Positions 9,025 to 19,200 of a stretch of 64,000 bases of DNA are shown piece after piece. The DNA is taken from contig JACQWY010000025.1 of the NCBI GenBank assembly GCA_016209015.1, forward strand, positions 3,747-67,746, read 5' to 3'. Made by a program: the position numbers and the translations under genes. This DNA is from Gammaproteobacteria bacterium (GTDB taxonomy: Bacteria > Pseudomonadota > Gammaproteobacteria > Ga0077536). The first letter of the stretch is position 1. Every line of letters starts with the position of its first letter. Below the pieces are notes generated by a model. The model was not told the DNA's origin. It saw only the letters and a program-made list of their open reading frames with translations, and ran no database searches.

Positions 9025-10618
9025 CGGCGACCCCCATGACGATGCGGAGCGTGAATTTCGCCTCGAACGTCGTCGTCTTCGCGATCGACGTGCCCGCGAC
9101 GTTCGCCTCCGGCCGGATGTCGAGCGGATAGGCGAGCACCTCGACGCGGATGACGTCCGGCGCGTTCCCGAGATCGGCGACGACCGCATCCACGCTCGCC
9201 ATCGCCGCACGATAATCCCCCTCGAACGGCGCGACGTGGCCTTCCAACGTCGCGATGTGGAAGCGCGCGATGCCCGGCGGGCGCGGCGGCGGCGGCGTCT
9301 TCGCATTGCGCGTGCGCTTCTGCGACTTCGCGGTCGTCGCCTCCGGATCCGCGCTGTCGAGCCACACCACCCTGTCGAGCACGAGATCGGGTGCGCGTTC
9401 GAGCGCCGCGCCGACCTGCTCGAACAGCGGCGTCGGCGCGCCCTTGCGGCGTTCGAGTGCCTTCACGAGCTCGACCGCGGTCTTCAGATCGCGTGCTTCC
9501 ACCGGCGTCGGCGGCAGCCCCTGGTGCGCCATCGCGTAGCGATCCTGGTAGAAGTTCACCTTCTGCGCGGCATCGAGCGATTGCCGCTTGTAGCTCACGC
9601 CCTCCAGGAAATTGAAGCCGCTCCAGCCGATGCTCGCGAGCAGCATGAGCACGCTCGCCATCTGCAGCCCGATGCGTGAGCGATAGAGCGTGTAATAGCG
9701 CGTCTCCTCCAGGCCCGCATAGTTCGGCTGGGTCGTCGCATCGAGCAGGAGCTGCACGAACACGCCATCGCTGTACGGCGTCGCCTGCTCGCCCGGCAGG
9801 TCCATCTCCACCGCGAGCCGCGAGACGTCGATGAGCTCGAAGTGCTCGGCCTCGCTGCTGCGGCATAGCGTGCGGAGATCGGACAGCATCTGGCCCTGGC
9901 TCAGGATGTAGATCTCGAGCGGGTGCTCGCGCGAAATGAGCGCGAGGCTGTTGAGATAGCGCCGGAGCTTGTCGAGCTCGCTCAGCACGTGCGCGGCATA
10001 GGGAATCGTGCCGGGGCGCGGCATCTGCGCGAGACGGCTGATCTTCAACTGCCCGTCGCGGAAGAACGTCTGCCTGAGCCCGCTCGCGCCCTGCACGCTG
10101 ATGAGCAGCACGTTCTGTCCTTTCGCGTGAATGCGCGGCAGGAGCTCGCGGCTCAGGATCGGCAGCGAGAAGATGCCGGCGATCGGGACCTTGTGCTCCT
10201 GCAGGAGCGCGACCCAGGGCTCGACGATCTCGGGCTTCGTCAGCGCGGTGAAGAGCACGCGGTCGTCCCGGCGGCCCTCGGGCTCGCGGCCCTGGTGCAG
10301 CGTGAGACAGTAGCGCGTGCCGCGGAACAGCCGCGCGTACTTGCGCTCCTGCACCGCACGACGGTCCGCGCCGAAGACGTGCGGCAGCGTGTCCTGGCGG
10401 TATTCCTCCTCGACGACGTCGACGAGCACGGCGAGCGGCGATTCCGCCGCGCCCGCGAGATAGCGGGAGAAGTTCGCGAGCCCGGCTTCGTCCGCGCCGA
10501 AGACGTAAGAGTTCGCGACCCGCCCGCCGCGGGCGAGATAGAGCGTCGCGCGATCGGCCGTCACGACGAGCGTGCGGCGGTCGGCGCGGCTAAATCTTAA
10601 TCTTCGTAAAGAGGTCAT
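9005..10618 (-). CDS. PilM-PilN / GspL-like protein
   Basis: Cytoplasmic domain, one TM and a periplasmic domain; between PilC and PilO-like genes. Confidence 0.7.
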   Translation of the reverse strand: MTSLRRLRFSRADRRTLVVTADRATLYLARGGRVANSYVFGADEAGLANFSRYLAGAAESPLAVLVDVVEEEYRQDTLPHVFGADRRAVQERKYARLFRGTRYCLTLHQGREPEGRRDDRVLFTALTKPEIVEPWVALLQEHKVPIAGIFSLPILSRELLPRIHAKGQNVLLISVQGASGLRQTFFRDGQLKISRLAQMPRPGTIPYAAHVLSELDKLRRYLNSLALISREHPLEIYILSQGQMLSDLRTLCRSSEAEHFELIDVSRLAVEMDLPGEQATPYSDGVFVQLLLDATTQPNYAGLEETRYYTLYRSRIGLQMASVLMLLASIGWSGFNFLEGVSYKRQSLDAAQKVNFYQDRYAMAHQGLPPTPVEARDLKTAVELVKALERRKGAPTPLFEQVGAALERAPDLVLDRVVWLDSADPEATTAKSQKRTRNAKTPPPPRPPGIARFHIATLEGHVAPFEGDYRAAMASVDAVVADLGNAPDVIRVEVLAYPLDIRPEANVAGTSIAKTTTFEAKFTLRIVMGVADGARAG

Positions 10619-11795
10619 AGATCGGCCCGAGGACGGCGGCGATGATCCATAGCACGAGCGCGCCGAGCACGATGGTGAGCGCCGGCAGCAACAGCGTCTG
10701 CAGGCGCTCGACGGAATCGCGCACGTCGCGGGTGAAGAAATACGTCACGTTGTTCAGCGCCTCGTCGAGCGCGCCCGTATTCTCGCCGACGCGCAGCATG
10801 CGCACGACGAGCGGCGGGAAGAGCCCCGTCGCCGCGAAGCTCGCGCTGATGCCGCCGCCGTCGGCGATCATGCGGCCGGCGTCGCGCAGCGCGCGGCGCA
10901 CCGCCTGGTTGTCGGCGACTTCCTCGCCGCTGCGCATGCACTCGAGTACCGTGATACCCGAGGTGTACATGATGGAGAACACGAGGCAGACGCGGGTGAC
11001 GATGATCTTCTTCAGGATCGGGCCGTAGAGCGGGATCCTGAGCACGAAATCGTCGTAGCGCTGCACGAATCGCGGATTCACGCGCAGCAGCCCCCACACG
11101 CCGCCGGCCGTGAGCAGCGGCAGCCCGAGGAAGAGATACCACCATTTCGAGAAGAAGCCCGAGATCGCGATCAGCGCGCGGGTCTGCAGCGGCAGCGTCT
11201 GGCCCATCGTGCGCAGGAACGTGATGAGCTGGGGCACGACGTAGAGCATGAGAAAGAACACGACGCAGGTCACCACGACGCCTACGACCGCCGGATAGAA
11301 CAGCAGGCGCTTCGTATGCGCCGCCTGCTCGTCCTGCCACTTCAGGTTCTCGATGATCTTCTGCAGCACCTCCGAGAGCCGGCCGCTCTGCTCGCCGGCG
11401 CGGATGAGGCTCACGAACACCGAGCTGAAGACGAGCGGAAAATCCGCCATCGCGCCCGAGAGATTCTTGCCGCCCTCGATGGATTCGATCATCGCCGCCG
11501 TCACTTCGCGCAGCCGGCGGTGATCGATCGTGTCGCGCAGATCAGCGAGGCCTTCGAGTATCGGCACGCCCGAGCGCACGAGATGCTCCAGATGGAAGCA
11601 GAACGTGATGATATCGACGCGCTTGATGCCATGCCCCGCCGCCCGCACGTTCTTCGATTTCAGCTCGCGGAAATTGATCAGATCGAGTCCCATGCGCGAG
11701 AGGCGGACTTCGAGATCCGCCGGATTGATGGCGTCGACCTTGCCCTGCATGATGCGGCCGCGGGCGTTCATGGCCTTGTAGCGGTAGACCTCCAT
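10590..11795 (-). CDS. T2SS F / PilC / MshG inner-membrane platform protein
   Basis: YRYKA start, AGEQSGRL and VGENTGAL repeats, 3 TM. Confidence 0.95.
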   Translation of the reverse strand: MEVYRYKAMNARGRIMQGKVDAINPADLEVRLSRMGLDLINFRELKSKNVRAAGHGIKRVDIITFCFHLEHLVRSGVPILEGLADLRDTIDHRRLREVTAAMIESIEGGKNLSGAMADFPLVFSSVFVSLIRAGEQSGRLSEVLQKIIENLKWQDEQAAHTKRLLFYPAVVGVVVTCVVFFLMLYVVPQLITFLRTMGQTLPLQTRALIAISGFFSKWWYLFLGLPLLTAGGVWGLLRVNPRFVQRYDDFVLRIPLYGPILKKIIVTRVCLVFSIMYTSGITVLECMRSGEEVADNQAVRRALRDAGRMIADGGGISASFAATGLFPPLVVRMLRVGENTGALDEALNNVTYFFTRDVRDSVERLQTLLLPALTIVLGALVLWIIAAVLGPIYDLFTKIKI

Positions 11796-13501
11796 CAGCC
11801 GATGCGATCCGTGAGGTCGACGACGCGCGCAATCTCGTCGATCGTCGTGATGCCCTCGAGCACGCGCTGGATCGCGACTTCGGCGAGCGGCCGGAAATGG
11901 CGGGCCACGGCCGCCGCCGTCAGCTCGCGCTGCGAGGAGCCGCGCGCGATCAGCTCGTCCATCTCGCGATCGAACTTGAGGAGCTCCATCACCGCCGTGC
12001 GGCCGCGATAGCCCTGGTGGTCGGCGTGGCGGAACGGCTCGGCGACGCGGTGGATCATGCGCGGATCGCCCGCGCCGATGCCGAGGATGTGGCGCTCGAT
12101 GTCGCCCGGCGCATAGGCCTCGCGGCACTCCTCGCGCAGCTTGCGCACGAGGCGCTGAGCGAGGATGCCGATGACGTTGCCGGCCATGATTTCGGGCCGG
12201 ATCTTCATGTCGATGAGGCGCGGGATCGAGCCGAGCGCGGAGTTCGCGTGCAGCGTCGAGAACACCTGGTGGCCGGTCATCGCCGCACGGAACGCCATCG
12301 CGGCCGTGTCCTCGTCGCGGATTTCGCCGACGAGGATGATGTCCGGATCCTGGCGCAGCATGGAGCGCACGCCGCTCGCGAAGTCGAGCCGCACGGCCTC
12401 GTTGATCGAGGTCTGGCGGATCATCCCCATCGGATATTCGACCGGATCCTCGAGGGTCATGATGTTGACCGACTCGGTGTTGAGATGATTCAAGAGACTG
12501 TAGAGCGTCGTCGTCTTGCCGCTGCCGGTCGGTCCGGTGACGAGGAGCAGACCCTCCGGCCGCGCCACCATGAGCTTCAGCAGATGCAGCACGTCCGCCT
12601 CGAGACCGAGATCCTCGATCGGCACGATGCCCTTCTGGCGGTCGAGCACGCGCAGCACGATGTTCTCGCCGTGCACCGTCGGGATCGTCGAAACGCGGAA
12701 GTCGATTGCGCGGCCCGACAGCGAGAGCGTGATGCGGCCGTCCTGCGGCGCACGCGTTTCCGCGATGTCCATGCCGGACATGACTTTCAGGCGCACCGCG
12801 ATCGCCGACCAGTAGTTCTTGTGGAGACTCCGCACCTGACGCAGCACGCCGTCAATGCGGTAGCGGAAGCGGAGAAAACCTTCCTCGGGCTCGAAGTGGA
12901 TGTCCGAGGCACCGCGCTTCACGGCGTCGGAGAGCAGCGCGTTGACGAGGCGGACGACCGGCTGGCTGTATTCCTGGTTGTCGGCGTCGAGCGATTCGTA
13001 ATCGATCTCGCCCGTCTCGATCTCCTGCAGGATGCCGTCGACCGAGAGCTCGAAGCCGTAGAACTGATCGATCGCCTTCTCGATCTCGGCCTCGACCGCC
13101 ATCAGCGGCACGATCTCGATGTCCGCGCCGATGAGCGCCGTGACCTGGTCGAGCGCGACGACGTTGAACGTGTCGGCCATCGCGATCGTCAGGCGATTGC
13201 GCAGCGCCTCGAACGTCAGCGGCAGGATGTGGAAGCGGCGCGCGAGATCCTTCGGGATGAGCTTGATCGCCTCGCTGTCGACGACGACCTTCGCGAGATC
13301 GGCCTTCTGCTGGCCGAGCGCGCCGCCGAGCACGTCGAGGATGATCGCCTCCGTCGCGAAGCCGAGGCGGACGAGGATCTTGCCGAGGTGCTCGCGGTTC
13401 TTCTTCTGCTCGATGAGCGCGATGCGCACCTGGTCCGGGCTCACCACGCCTTTCTGCACGAGCAGCTCGCCGATGCGCAGCGATTTCTTCGCGAGACTCA
13501 T
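11795..13501 (-). CDS. GspE/PilB/MshE assembly ATPase with MshEN domain
   Basis: RIGELLVQKG MshEN motif, GPTGSGKTTT, LRQDPDIILVGEIRD, TGHQVFSTLH. Confidence 0.95.
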   Translation of the reverse strand: MSLAKKSLRIGELLVQKGVVSPDQVRIALIEQKKNREHLGKILVRLGFATEAIILDVLGGALGQQKADLAKVVVDSEAIKLIPKDLARRFHILPLTFEALRNRLTIAMADTFNVVALDQVTALIGADIEIVPLMAVEAEIEKAIDQFYGFELSVDGILQEIETGEIDYESLDADNQEYSQPVVRLVNALLSDAVKRGASDIHFEPEEGFLRFRYRIDGVLRQVRSLHKNYWSAIAVRLKVMSGMDIAETRAPQDGRITLSLSGRAIDFRVSTIPTVHGENIVLRVLDRQKGIVPIEDLGLEADVLHLLKLMVARPEGLLLVTGPTGSGKTTTLYSLLNHLNTESVNIMTLEDPVEYPMGMIRQTSINEAVRLDFASGVRSMLRQDPDIILVGEIRDEDTAAMAFRAAMTGHQVFSTLHANSALGSIPRLIDMKIRPEIMAGNVIGILAQRLVRKLREECREAYAPGDIERHILGIGAGDPRMIHRVAEPFRHADHQGYRGRTAVMELLKFDREMDELIARGSSQRELTAAAVARHFRPLAEVAIQRVLEGITTIDEIARVVDLTDRIG

Positions 13502-13523
13502 GGGCGGCGGGCGGGCGCGCGGC

Positions 13524-14930
13524 TCACTCGGCGCGGCCGAGCGCCTCGACGCGGGCGGCGAGCTGCGCGCGAGCGAAGGCGCCGTGCCCGCCGGCATCGA
13601 CGAGCTCGAGCGCCTTGCGATAGTAGTCGAGTGCGGCCGCGCGCTGACCGAGGCGATCGAGGCTGACGCCGAGGTTGTAGGCGTAATCGGCGTTCCCGTG
13701 ATTGCGGCTGTAGGCCTCGAAGTAGCTCTGCTGGGCATCGGCCCAGCGCCCTTCGCGGGCGTAATAGTTGCCGAGCGCGAAATGCACCGGCGGCTTGTCG
13801 GTGCCGCGATCGAGCAGGAGCTTCAACTGCGCTTCCGTGACCTGCGTGCCCGCGCCGCCCTCGATCATGAACAGCGCGGCGGCCGCCGCGGCGTTGTCGG
13901 GATCGAGCTTGCGCACGCGTGCGTACTCGGCATGCGCGAGCTCGGGCTTGCCGGCGCGCAGATGAATCGCCCCGAGGCCGAGCAGCGCGTCCTTCTGATC
14001 GGCGCGCTTCGCGAGCACCTCGCGGTAGAGGCGTTCGGCTTCCGCGTCGTGGCCCGCGGCGTAGGCCGCGTAGGCGCGCTTCAGCGTCGCGTCGAGCTCG
14101 GCGGCGCGCGGCTTCGTGCGCGCGATGCGCACTTCCCCGCCGGCGATCTCCGCGTCCGGGTCGAGCGCCGGCACTTTCGGGGTCGCGGCCGGCTTCGGCG
14201 TCGCGGGCTTCGCTTTCGGCGTCTCCTCGATCGCGGCCGCGGCCGCGATGGCGGCGGCAAGTGCATCCTCGGTCACGGGCTTCGCGGTCGCCTCGACGGG
14301 CGCCGCCACGGGCGACGGTGTCGGCACGACTGCGGCGGGGCCCGGAGCCGGCGCGGGCGCCGGTCGCGGCGACGCGGGGCGCGGCTTCTCCACCGCATTC
14401 GCGACGAGCGGCGAAGGCACGGGCTTCACGACCGGCGTCTTCTGCAGATAGAAGAAGCCCGCGGCGGCGAGCCCGACCGCGAGCACGACCGTCATGACGA
14501 TCGTCGCCCCGAGGATCCAGTTGGTCGTCGCACGGCCGCCCGCGTCGAACACCGTTTGCGCGTTCACGACGGTCTGCCCGAGCGCCTGCGCGAGGTTGTC
14601 GCGCGTCGAGCTCGCGAACGGCGGGCGCGTGCGCAGGAAGTCGGCGGGCTCGGGATCGTCGAAGTAGTCCTCGAGCTTCGGCAGCTCGTCGAGCGGGACG
14701 GCGGTCGTGGTCGTGGTCGTCTCGCTGATCTGGGCGGACGGCTGCATGGGCTCGAGGCTCAACTGCTCGCGCGAATCCTCGAGCGGCGTCCCGGCCGGGG
14801 GCGTCGGCGGCGGCACGGCGAATTCGCGCGTGTCGTCGAGCTGGCGGCGGACCTCGGGCGACAGCGGCTCGCCGGCCGCGAGCTTCTTCTCGGCCTCGGC
14901 CTTGCGCAGGGCGTCCATGAGCAGGCTCAT
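13524..14930 (-). CDS. GspB/MshN-like TPR protein
   Basis: MSLLMDALRKAE N-terminus, TM, Pro/Ala linker, C-terminal TPRs. Confidence 0.8.
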   Translation of the reverse strand: MSLLMDALRKAEAEKKLAAGEPLSPEVRRQLDDTREFAVPPPTPPAGTPLEDSREQLSLEPMQPSAQISETTTTTTAVPLDELPKLEDYFDDPEPADFLRTRPPFASSTRDNLAQALGQTVVNAQTVFDAGGRATTNWILGATIVMTVVLAVGLAAAGFFYLQKTPVVKPVPSPLVANAVEKPRPASPRPAPAPAPGPAAVVPTPSPVAAPVEATAKPVTEDALAAAIAAAAAIEETPKAKPATPKPAATPKVPALDPDAEIAGGEVRIARTKPRAAELDATLKRAYAAYAAGHDAEAERLYREVLAKRADQKDALLGLGAIHLRAGKPELAHAEYARVRKLDPDNAAAAAALFMIEGGAGTQVTEAQLKLLLDRGTDKPPVHFALGNYYAREGRWADAQQSYFEAYSRNHGNADYAYNLGVSLDRLGQRAAALDYYRKALELVDAGGHGAFARAQLAARVEALGRAE

Positions 14931-14955
14931 GCGCGCGGGTTCCGCATCGCGTGCG

Positions 14956-16647
14956 TCATTGCGCCTGCGCGCCCGGGCCCTGGCCCAGGTACTGGCGATA
15001 GTCCTTGAGATCCGTATCGACGTTCGGGTCCGTCACGACCACGGGTCTCAGGAACACGACGAGCTCGGTCTTCTGGTTGTTCGCCTCGCGGGTGTGGAAG
15101 AACGCGTTGCCGATGATCGGCAGCTTCGCGAGCCCCGGCACCTCCCGGTGGCCGCCGCGCAGGTCGTCCTGCATGAGTCCGCCGAGGACGCCGATCTGGC
15201 CGTTGACGAGCTTGAGCACGGATTCCATCTCGCGTACGCGGATGACGGGCACGGTGCTCGTGATCTGACTCGCATTGCCGCCGAGCACCTGCCCTGCGAG
15301 CTGCACGCCGGGATCGACGGCGTCGCCGATCTTCTGCGAAATCGTCGGCCGCACGGTGAGCGTGACCTCCTTGTTCTGGGAGATCTGCGGCGTGACCGCC
15401 ATGACGAGACCGACCGGCACGGAGTGGACCTGCGACTGGATGAACGTCCGGCCCTGGGCGTTCTGCGTCGCGTCCTTGTCGGTGACGTCGACGGTGAAGT
15501 AGACGAGCTCCTCGACGACCTTCAGCACCGCGGTCTGGTTGTTCAGCACCATCAGACGCGGACTCGACAGCACGCGCGTGTCGCCGAACTCGCGCAACAG
15601 ACGCAGCGTCGCCGAGAGCGCCTTGCCGCTCGCGTCCGGATCGCTGTAGCCGAGCACGAAGGAGGAGATGTTGTTGTCGATGACGCCGTCGGTGATCGCG
15701 CCGAGCATTTTCTGGTTGAACGTGAAGCCGGCCTTGCCGGCGTTCAGCAGCATGCTCCAGTCGACGCCTGCCTGGAACTGATCGGAGAGCGTGACCTCGA
15801 CGATCGTCGCCTCGATCATGACCTGCCGGCGCGCGTTGACGAGCACGCGATCGATGTACTCCTGGATCTGCTGGTGCTGCTTGCTCGTCGCCTTCACCGA
15901 CAGTACGCCAGCCTCCGCGTTCACGATCACGTTGTCGCTGAGCCCCTTTTCGCCGCGCGCGGCGCCGCCCTTGCCCTCGCCGAGGATCGCGATGATGTTC
16001 TCGGTGAGCGTCTGCCAGAAGCGGTTGTAGGATTTCGAGTTGAGCGCGGTCGAGGAGCTGTTGCTGCCGGCGCCGGTGCTCGACGAGGAGCTGCCCGACG
16101 AGCCGCCCGAGCTCTCGGCGTTGCTCTCGCCCGTCGTCGCGACGCGCGTCGCGACGTTGACCTTCGTGTCGACGTCGCGCGAAAGATTCACGTAGCCGAC
16201 TTCGTAGCTCCGCAGATAGGGCGAGTCCGGTGTGACGACGATCGTGTCGCCCTCGAGCGTATAGCGCAGCTCGACCTGCCGTGCGACGCGCTCGAGGATC
16301 TGCTGCAAGGTCTGATCGATGGCATTCAGCGTCACCTTGCCGGCGATCTCGCCCTTGATGTCGACGTTCAGCTTCGCGTCGCGCGCGAGCGCGAACAAGA
16401 GCTCGCGCACCGGCACGTCGTTCACGACGACGGTGTAGCGCTCGCCCTCCTTCACGGGCTCGGGCGGCGGCAGGTAGGAGCTCTGGGCGACGACGTCCGG
16501 GATGGGCGCGGCCGGCGCGGGGGCTGCGCTCTTGTCGAGATGGCCCGGCGAGGGCTCGGTCTTCGGCGGCACGATCGTCGCGCAGCCGGCCGCGATCCCG
16601 ACGAGGATCGCGAGCGCGAAGCCGCGGCAGCGGGCCGGCACGATCAT
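14956..16647 (-). CDS. MshL-type lipoprotein secretin
   Basis: Lipobox IAAGC, RQVMIEATIVEV, GLAKLPIIGNAF..KTELVVFLRP. Confidence 0.92.
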   Translation of the reverse strand: MIVPARCRGFALAILVGIAAGCATIVPPKTEPSPGHLDKSAAPAPAAPIPDVVAQSSYLPPPEPVKEGERYTVVVNDVPVRELLFALARDAKLNVDIKGEIAGKVTLNAIDQTLQQILERVARQVELRYTLEGDTIVVTPDSPYLRSYEVGYVNLSRDVDTKVNVATRVATTGESNAESSGGSSGSSSSSTGAGSNSSSTALNSKSYNRFWQTLTENIIAILGEGKGGAARGEKGLSDNVIVNAEAGVLSVKATSKQHQQIQEYIDRVLVNARRQVMIEATIVEVTLSDQFQAGVDWSMLLNAGKAGFTFNQKMLGAITDGVIDNNISSFVLGYSDPDASGKALSATLRLLREFGDTRVLSSPRLMVLNNQTAVLKVVEELVYFTVDVTDKDATQNAQGRTFIQSQVHSVPVGLVMAVTPQISQNKEVTLTVRPTISQKIGDAVDPGVQLAGQVLGGNASQITSTVPVIRVREMESVLKLVNGQIGVLGGLMQDDLRGGHREVPGLAKLPIIGNAFFHTREANNQKTELVVFLRPVVVTDPNVDTDLKDYRQYLGQGPGAQAQ

Positions 16648-17750
16648 GGACGGCTCCCGGCACCGAGCTCGAAGGCCGCGGGCGGCGGCGCGATGCCCTC
16701 GTCCGCGACGAGGCCCGGCCCGTCTCCGCTCGTCGCGAGCGCCGCCGACATCTCGGTCAGGTCGCCATAGCCGAGTGCCGGCAGCGCCGGGCGCGGCGCC
16801 TGCTCGCCGAGTGCCGCCGGGTCCTTCAGCGCGCGGTGCGGACCCGGGTTGCCGGCCGCCCCGTGATACCAGGCCGCGAACGCGCCGATCGCGAGCAGCG
16901 TGCAGGCGGCGAGCGCGGTGACCGGCCGCGACACCACGGGCAGCACGTATTCCGAATCGCGCGCCGCCAGGCGCACGTGGCGCGTCTTCACGGCGCCTTC
17001 TCCTTTCGCATAGGCCGCGAGCAGCGCCTTGTCGGCGAGCACGTTCACGCGGCGCACGAGGCCGCCGGAGCAGCGCGTGAGCTCGCGGATCGCCGCGCGC
17101 GAGAACAGCTCGCGGCCGCGGTAGCCGCTCGCATGGATGCGGGCGAGGAGATAGTCGCGGATTTCCATCGTCGTGAACGGCTCGAGCCTGAACGTGTAGG
17201 TGATGCGCTCCTTCAACTGCCGGATCTCGTGGGCGGCGAGCTTCTGGTCGAGCTCGGGCTGACCGAACATCACGATCTGCAACAGCTTGTCCTGGCTCGT
17301 CTCGAGGTTGCTCAAGAGCCTGATCTCCTCCAGCGTCTCGAGCGGCATGCCTTGCGCCTCCTCGATGAAGACGACGACACGGCGGTTGTCGGCGTGGCGC
17401 TTCAGGAGATGATCGTGGAGCCCGTGCATCACTTCGAGCTTCGTCGCGCCGCGCGGCAGCTCGAGACGGAGCTCGGCGGCGATCGCCCCCGGCACTTCGT
17501 CCGGCGCCAGGCGCGGATTCGCGAGGTAGACGATCTCGCAGTCCTGGGGCAGCTCGCGCTCGAGCATGCGGCACAGCATCGTCTTGCCGCTGCCGACCTC
17601 GCCGACGACTTTCACGATGCCCTCGCCGCGGGCCACCGCGTAGACCAGCGCATCGAGCACCGCGCCGCGGTTCGCGCCCGGGAAGAACAGCTCGGGATCG
17701 GGGGTGATGCGGAAGGGCGACTTCTCGAAACCGAAGTGGTGACAGTACAT
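16644..17750 (-). CDS. ExeA/MshM family AAA ATPase
   Basis: FGFEKSPFRITPDP, GEVGSGKT, IEEAQ, FGQPEL. Confidence 0.92.
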   Translation of the reverse strand: MYCHHFGFEKSPFRITPDPELFFPGANRGAVLDALVYAVARGEGIVKVVGEVGSGKTMLCRMLERELPQDCEIVYLANPRLAPDEVPGAIAAELRLELPRGATKLEVMHGLHDHLLKRHADNRRVVVFIEEAQGMPLETLEEIRLLSNLETSQDKLLQIVMFGQPELDQKLAAHEIRQLKERITYTFRLEPFTTMEIRDYLLARIHASGYRGRELFSRAAIRELTRCSGGLVRRVNVLADKALLAAYAKGEGAVKTRHVRLAARDSEYVLPVVSRPVTALAACTLLAIGAFAAWYHGAAGNPGPHRALKDPAALGEQAPRPALPALGYGDLTEMSAALATSGDGPGLVADEGIAPPPAAFELGAGSRP

Positions 17751-17754
17751 GTCC

Positions 17755-19200
17755 CTAATCCTGGTTGGTGCCGAGCCCGAGCCGGGCCAGCTTGCTGTAG
17801 AGCGTCGTACGGTTCACGCCGAGCAGGCGCGCGGCCTTGCTGAGATTGCCGCCCGCGAGCGTCAGCGCCGCGGTCACGTAGCGGCGCTCGATCTCGGCGA
17901 GCTCGTCGTCGAGGCGGAAGCCCTCCGCGCGCAGGCGCTGCGCGAGGCCCGCCTCGTCGGCGCGCGCCTCGGACGTCGGGGCAGCTTCGAGCGGCGGCTC
18001 GAGTTCGGCCTTGAGCGCGGTCAGGCCGACGCTGCATCCGGGATATTTCGTGCCCAGGCGTATGACGATGTTGCGCAGCTCGCGCACGTTGCCCGGAAAG
18101 GGATAGGCGGCGAGCGCAGCCTCCGCTTCGGCATCGAGCGTGAACGGCGCGACGGTGCCGGCGTACTGGCTGAGAAAATGATCGAGCAGGATCCGCCAGT
18201 CGTGCTCGCGCTCGCGCAGCGGCGGCACGCTGATCGTCAGCACGCTCAACCGATGGAACAGATCCGCGCGAAAGCTGCCGCGGCGCACGGCGTCGCGCAA
18301 TTCGCGGTTCGTGGCCGCGACGATGCGCGCCTCGGCGCGGCGCGGCGTGGTCTCGCCGACCCGGTAGAACTCGCCGTTCTCGAGCACGCGCAGGAATTTC
18401 GTCTGCAGCTCCGCCGGCAGCTCGCCGACCTCGTCGAGGACGAGCGTGCCGCGGCCCGCCTCCTCGAAGAATCCCGCACGCGATTTGTCGGCGCCGGTGT
18501 AGGCGCCGCGGGCGTGGCCGAAGAGCTGGGACCCGAGCAGCTCCGGCGTGAAGGCCGCGCAGTTCAGCGTCAGCAGCGGCTCGTGGCGGCGCGCGCTCTC
18601 GCGATGCAGGCATTCCGCGACGAGCTCCTTGCCACTGCCGGACTCGCCCTCGATCAGCACCGGAAACGGCGAGCTCGCGAATTGTCTGACGAGCTCGCGG
18701 AGCTGGCGCATGCCGCCGCTCGCGCCGAGCAGGACGTCGTCGGCGACGGCGCGCGGCGGCGCGGGCGCGGTTTCCGCGGCGAGGATCATGACCTGGTGCT
18801 GGAGCCGCGCGCGCAGGAGCTCCGCGTCGCAGGGCTTCGGCACGAAATCCACCGCGCCGAGCGTCAGCGCGTGGCGGATGTTCGCGGGCTTGCTCTGGCC
18901 GGAGAGCACGAGGATCTTCATCGTGCGGTTGAAGGCGAGCAGCTCGCGGATGAGCGTGAAGCCCTCGTCCGGCAGATGCGGCGTCGGCGGCAGGCCGAGA
19001 TCGACGAGCGCGAGCGCGGGCGCTTCCGGCAGCGCCTGCAGCAGGGCCTTCGCCTGGGCACGATTCGGCGCGACGTGGACTTCGAACTGGGGACGGAGGA
19101 CGAAGGACAGCGACTCGGCGATCAGCGGGTCGTCGTCGACCAGGATCAAGCCCGGCCGCTCGCGCCCGCCCGTACTGGCGGACTCATGCGCGGACGACAT
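17755..19200 (-). CDS. Sigma54-dependent response regulator (PrsR-like)
   Basis: Receiver LVDDD..DLGLPP, GESGSGKE, GAYTGA, FPGNVREL, Fis-type HTH. Confidence 0.92.
   Translation of the reverse strand: MSSAHESASTGGRERPGLILVDDDPLIAESLSFVLRPQFEVHVAPNRAQAKALLQALPEAPALALVDLGLPPTPHLPDEGFTLIRELLAFNRTMKILVLSGQSKPANIRHALTLGAVDFVPKPCDAELLRARLQHQVMILAAETAPAPPRAVADDVLLGASGGMRQLRELVRQFASSPFPVLIEGESGSGKELVAECLHRESARRHEPLLTLNCAAFTPELLGSQLFGHARGAYTGADKSRAGFFEEAGRGTLVLDEVGELPAELQTKFLRVLENGEFYRVGETTPRRAEARIVAATNRELRDAVRRGSFRADLFHRLSVLTISVPPLREREHDWRILLDHFLSQYAGTVAPFTLDAEAEAALAAYPFPGNVRELRNIVIRLGTKYPGCSVGLTALKAELEPPLEAAPTSEARADEAGLAQRLRAEGFRLDDELAEIERRYVTAALTLAGGNLSKAARLLGVNRTTLYSKLARLGLGTNQD

Noticed and set aside
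16050-16140. Ser/Gly-rich low-complexity tract as a repeat element
   Set aside because: Ordinary linker of MshL-type secretins
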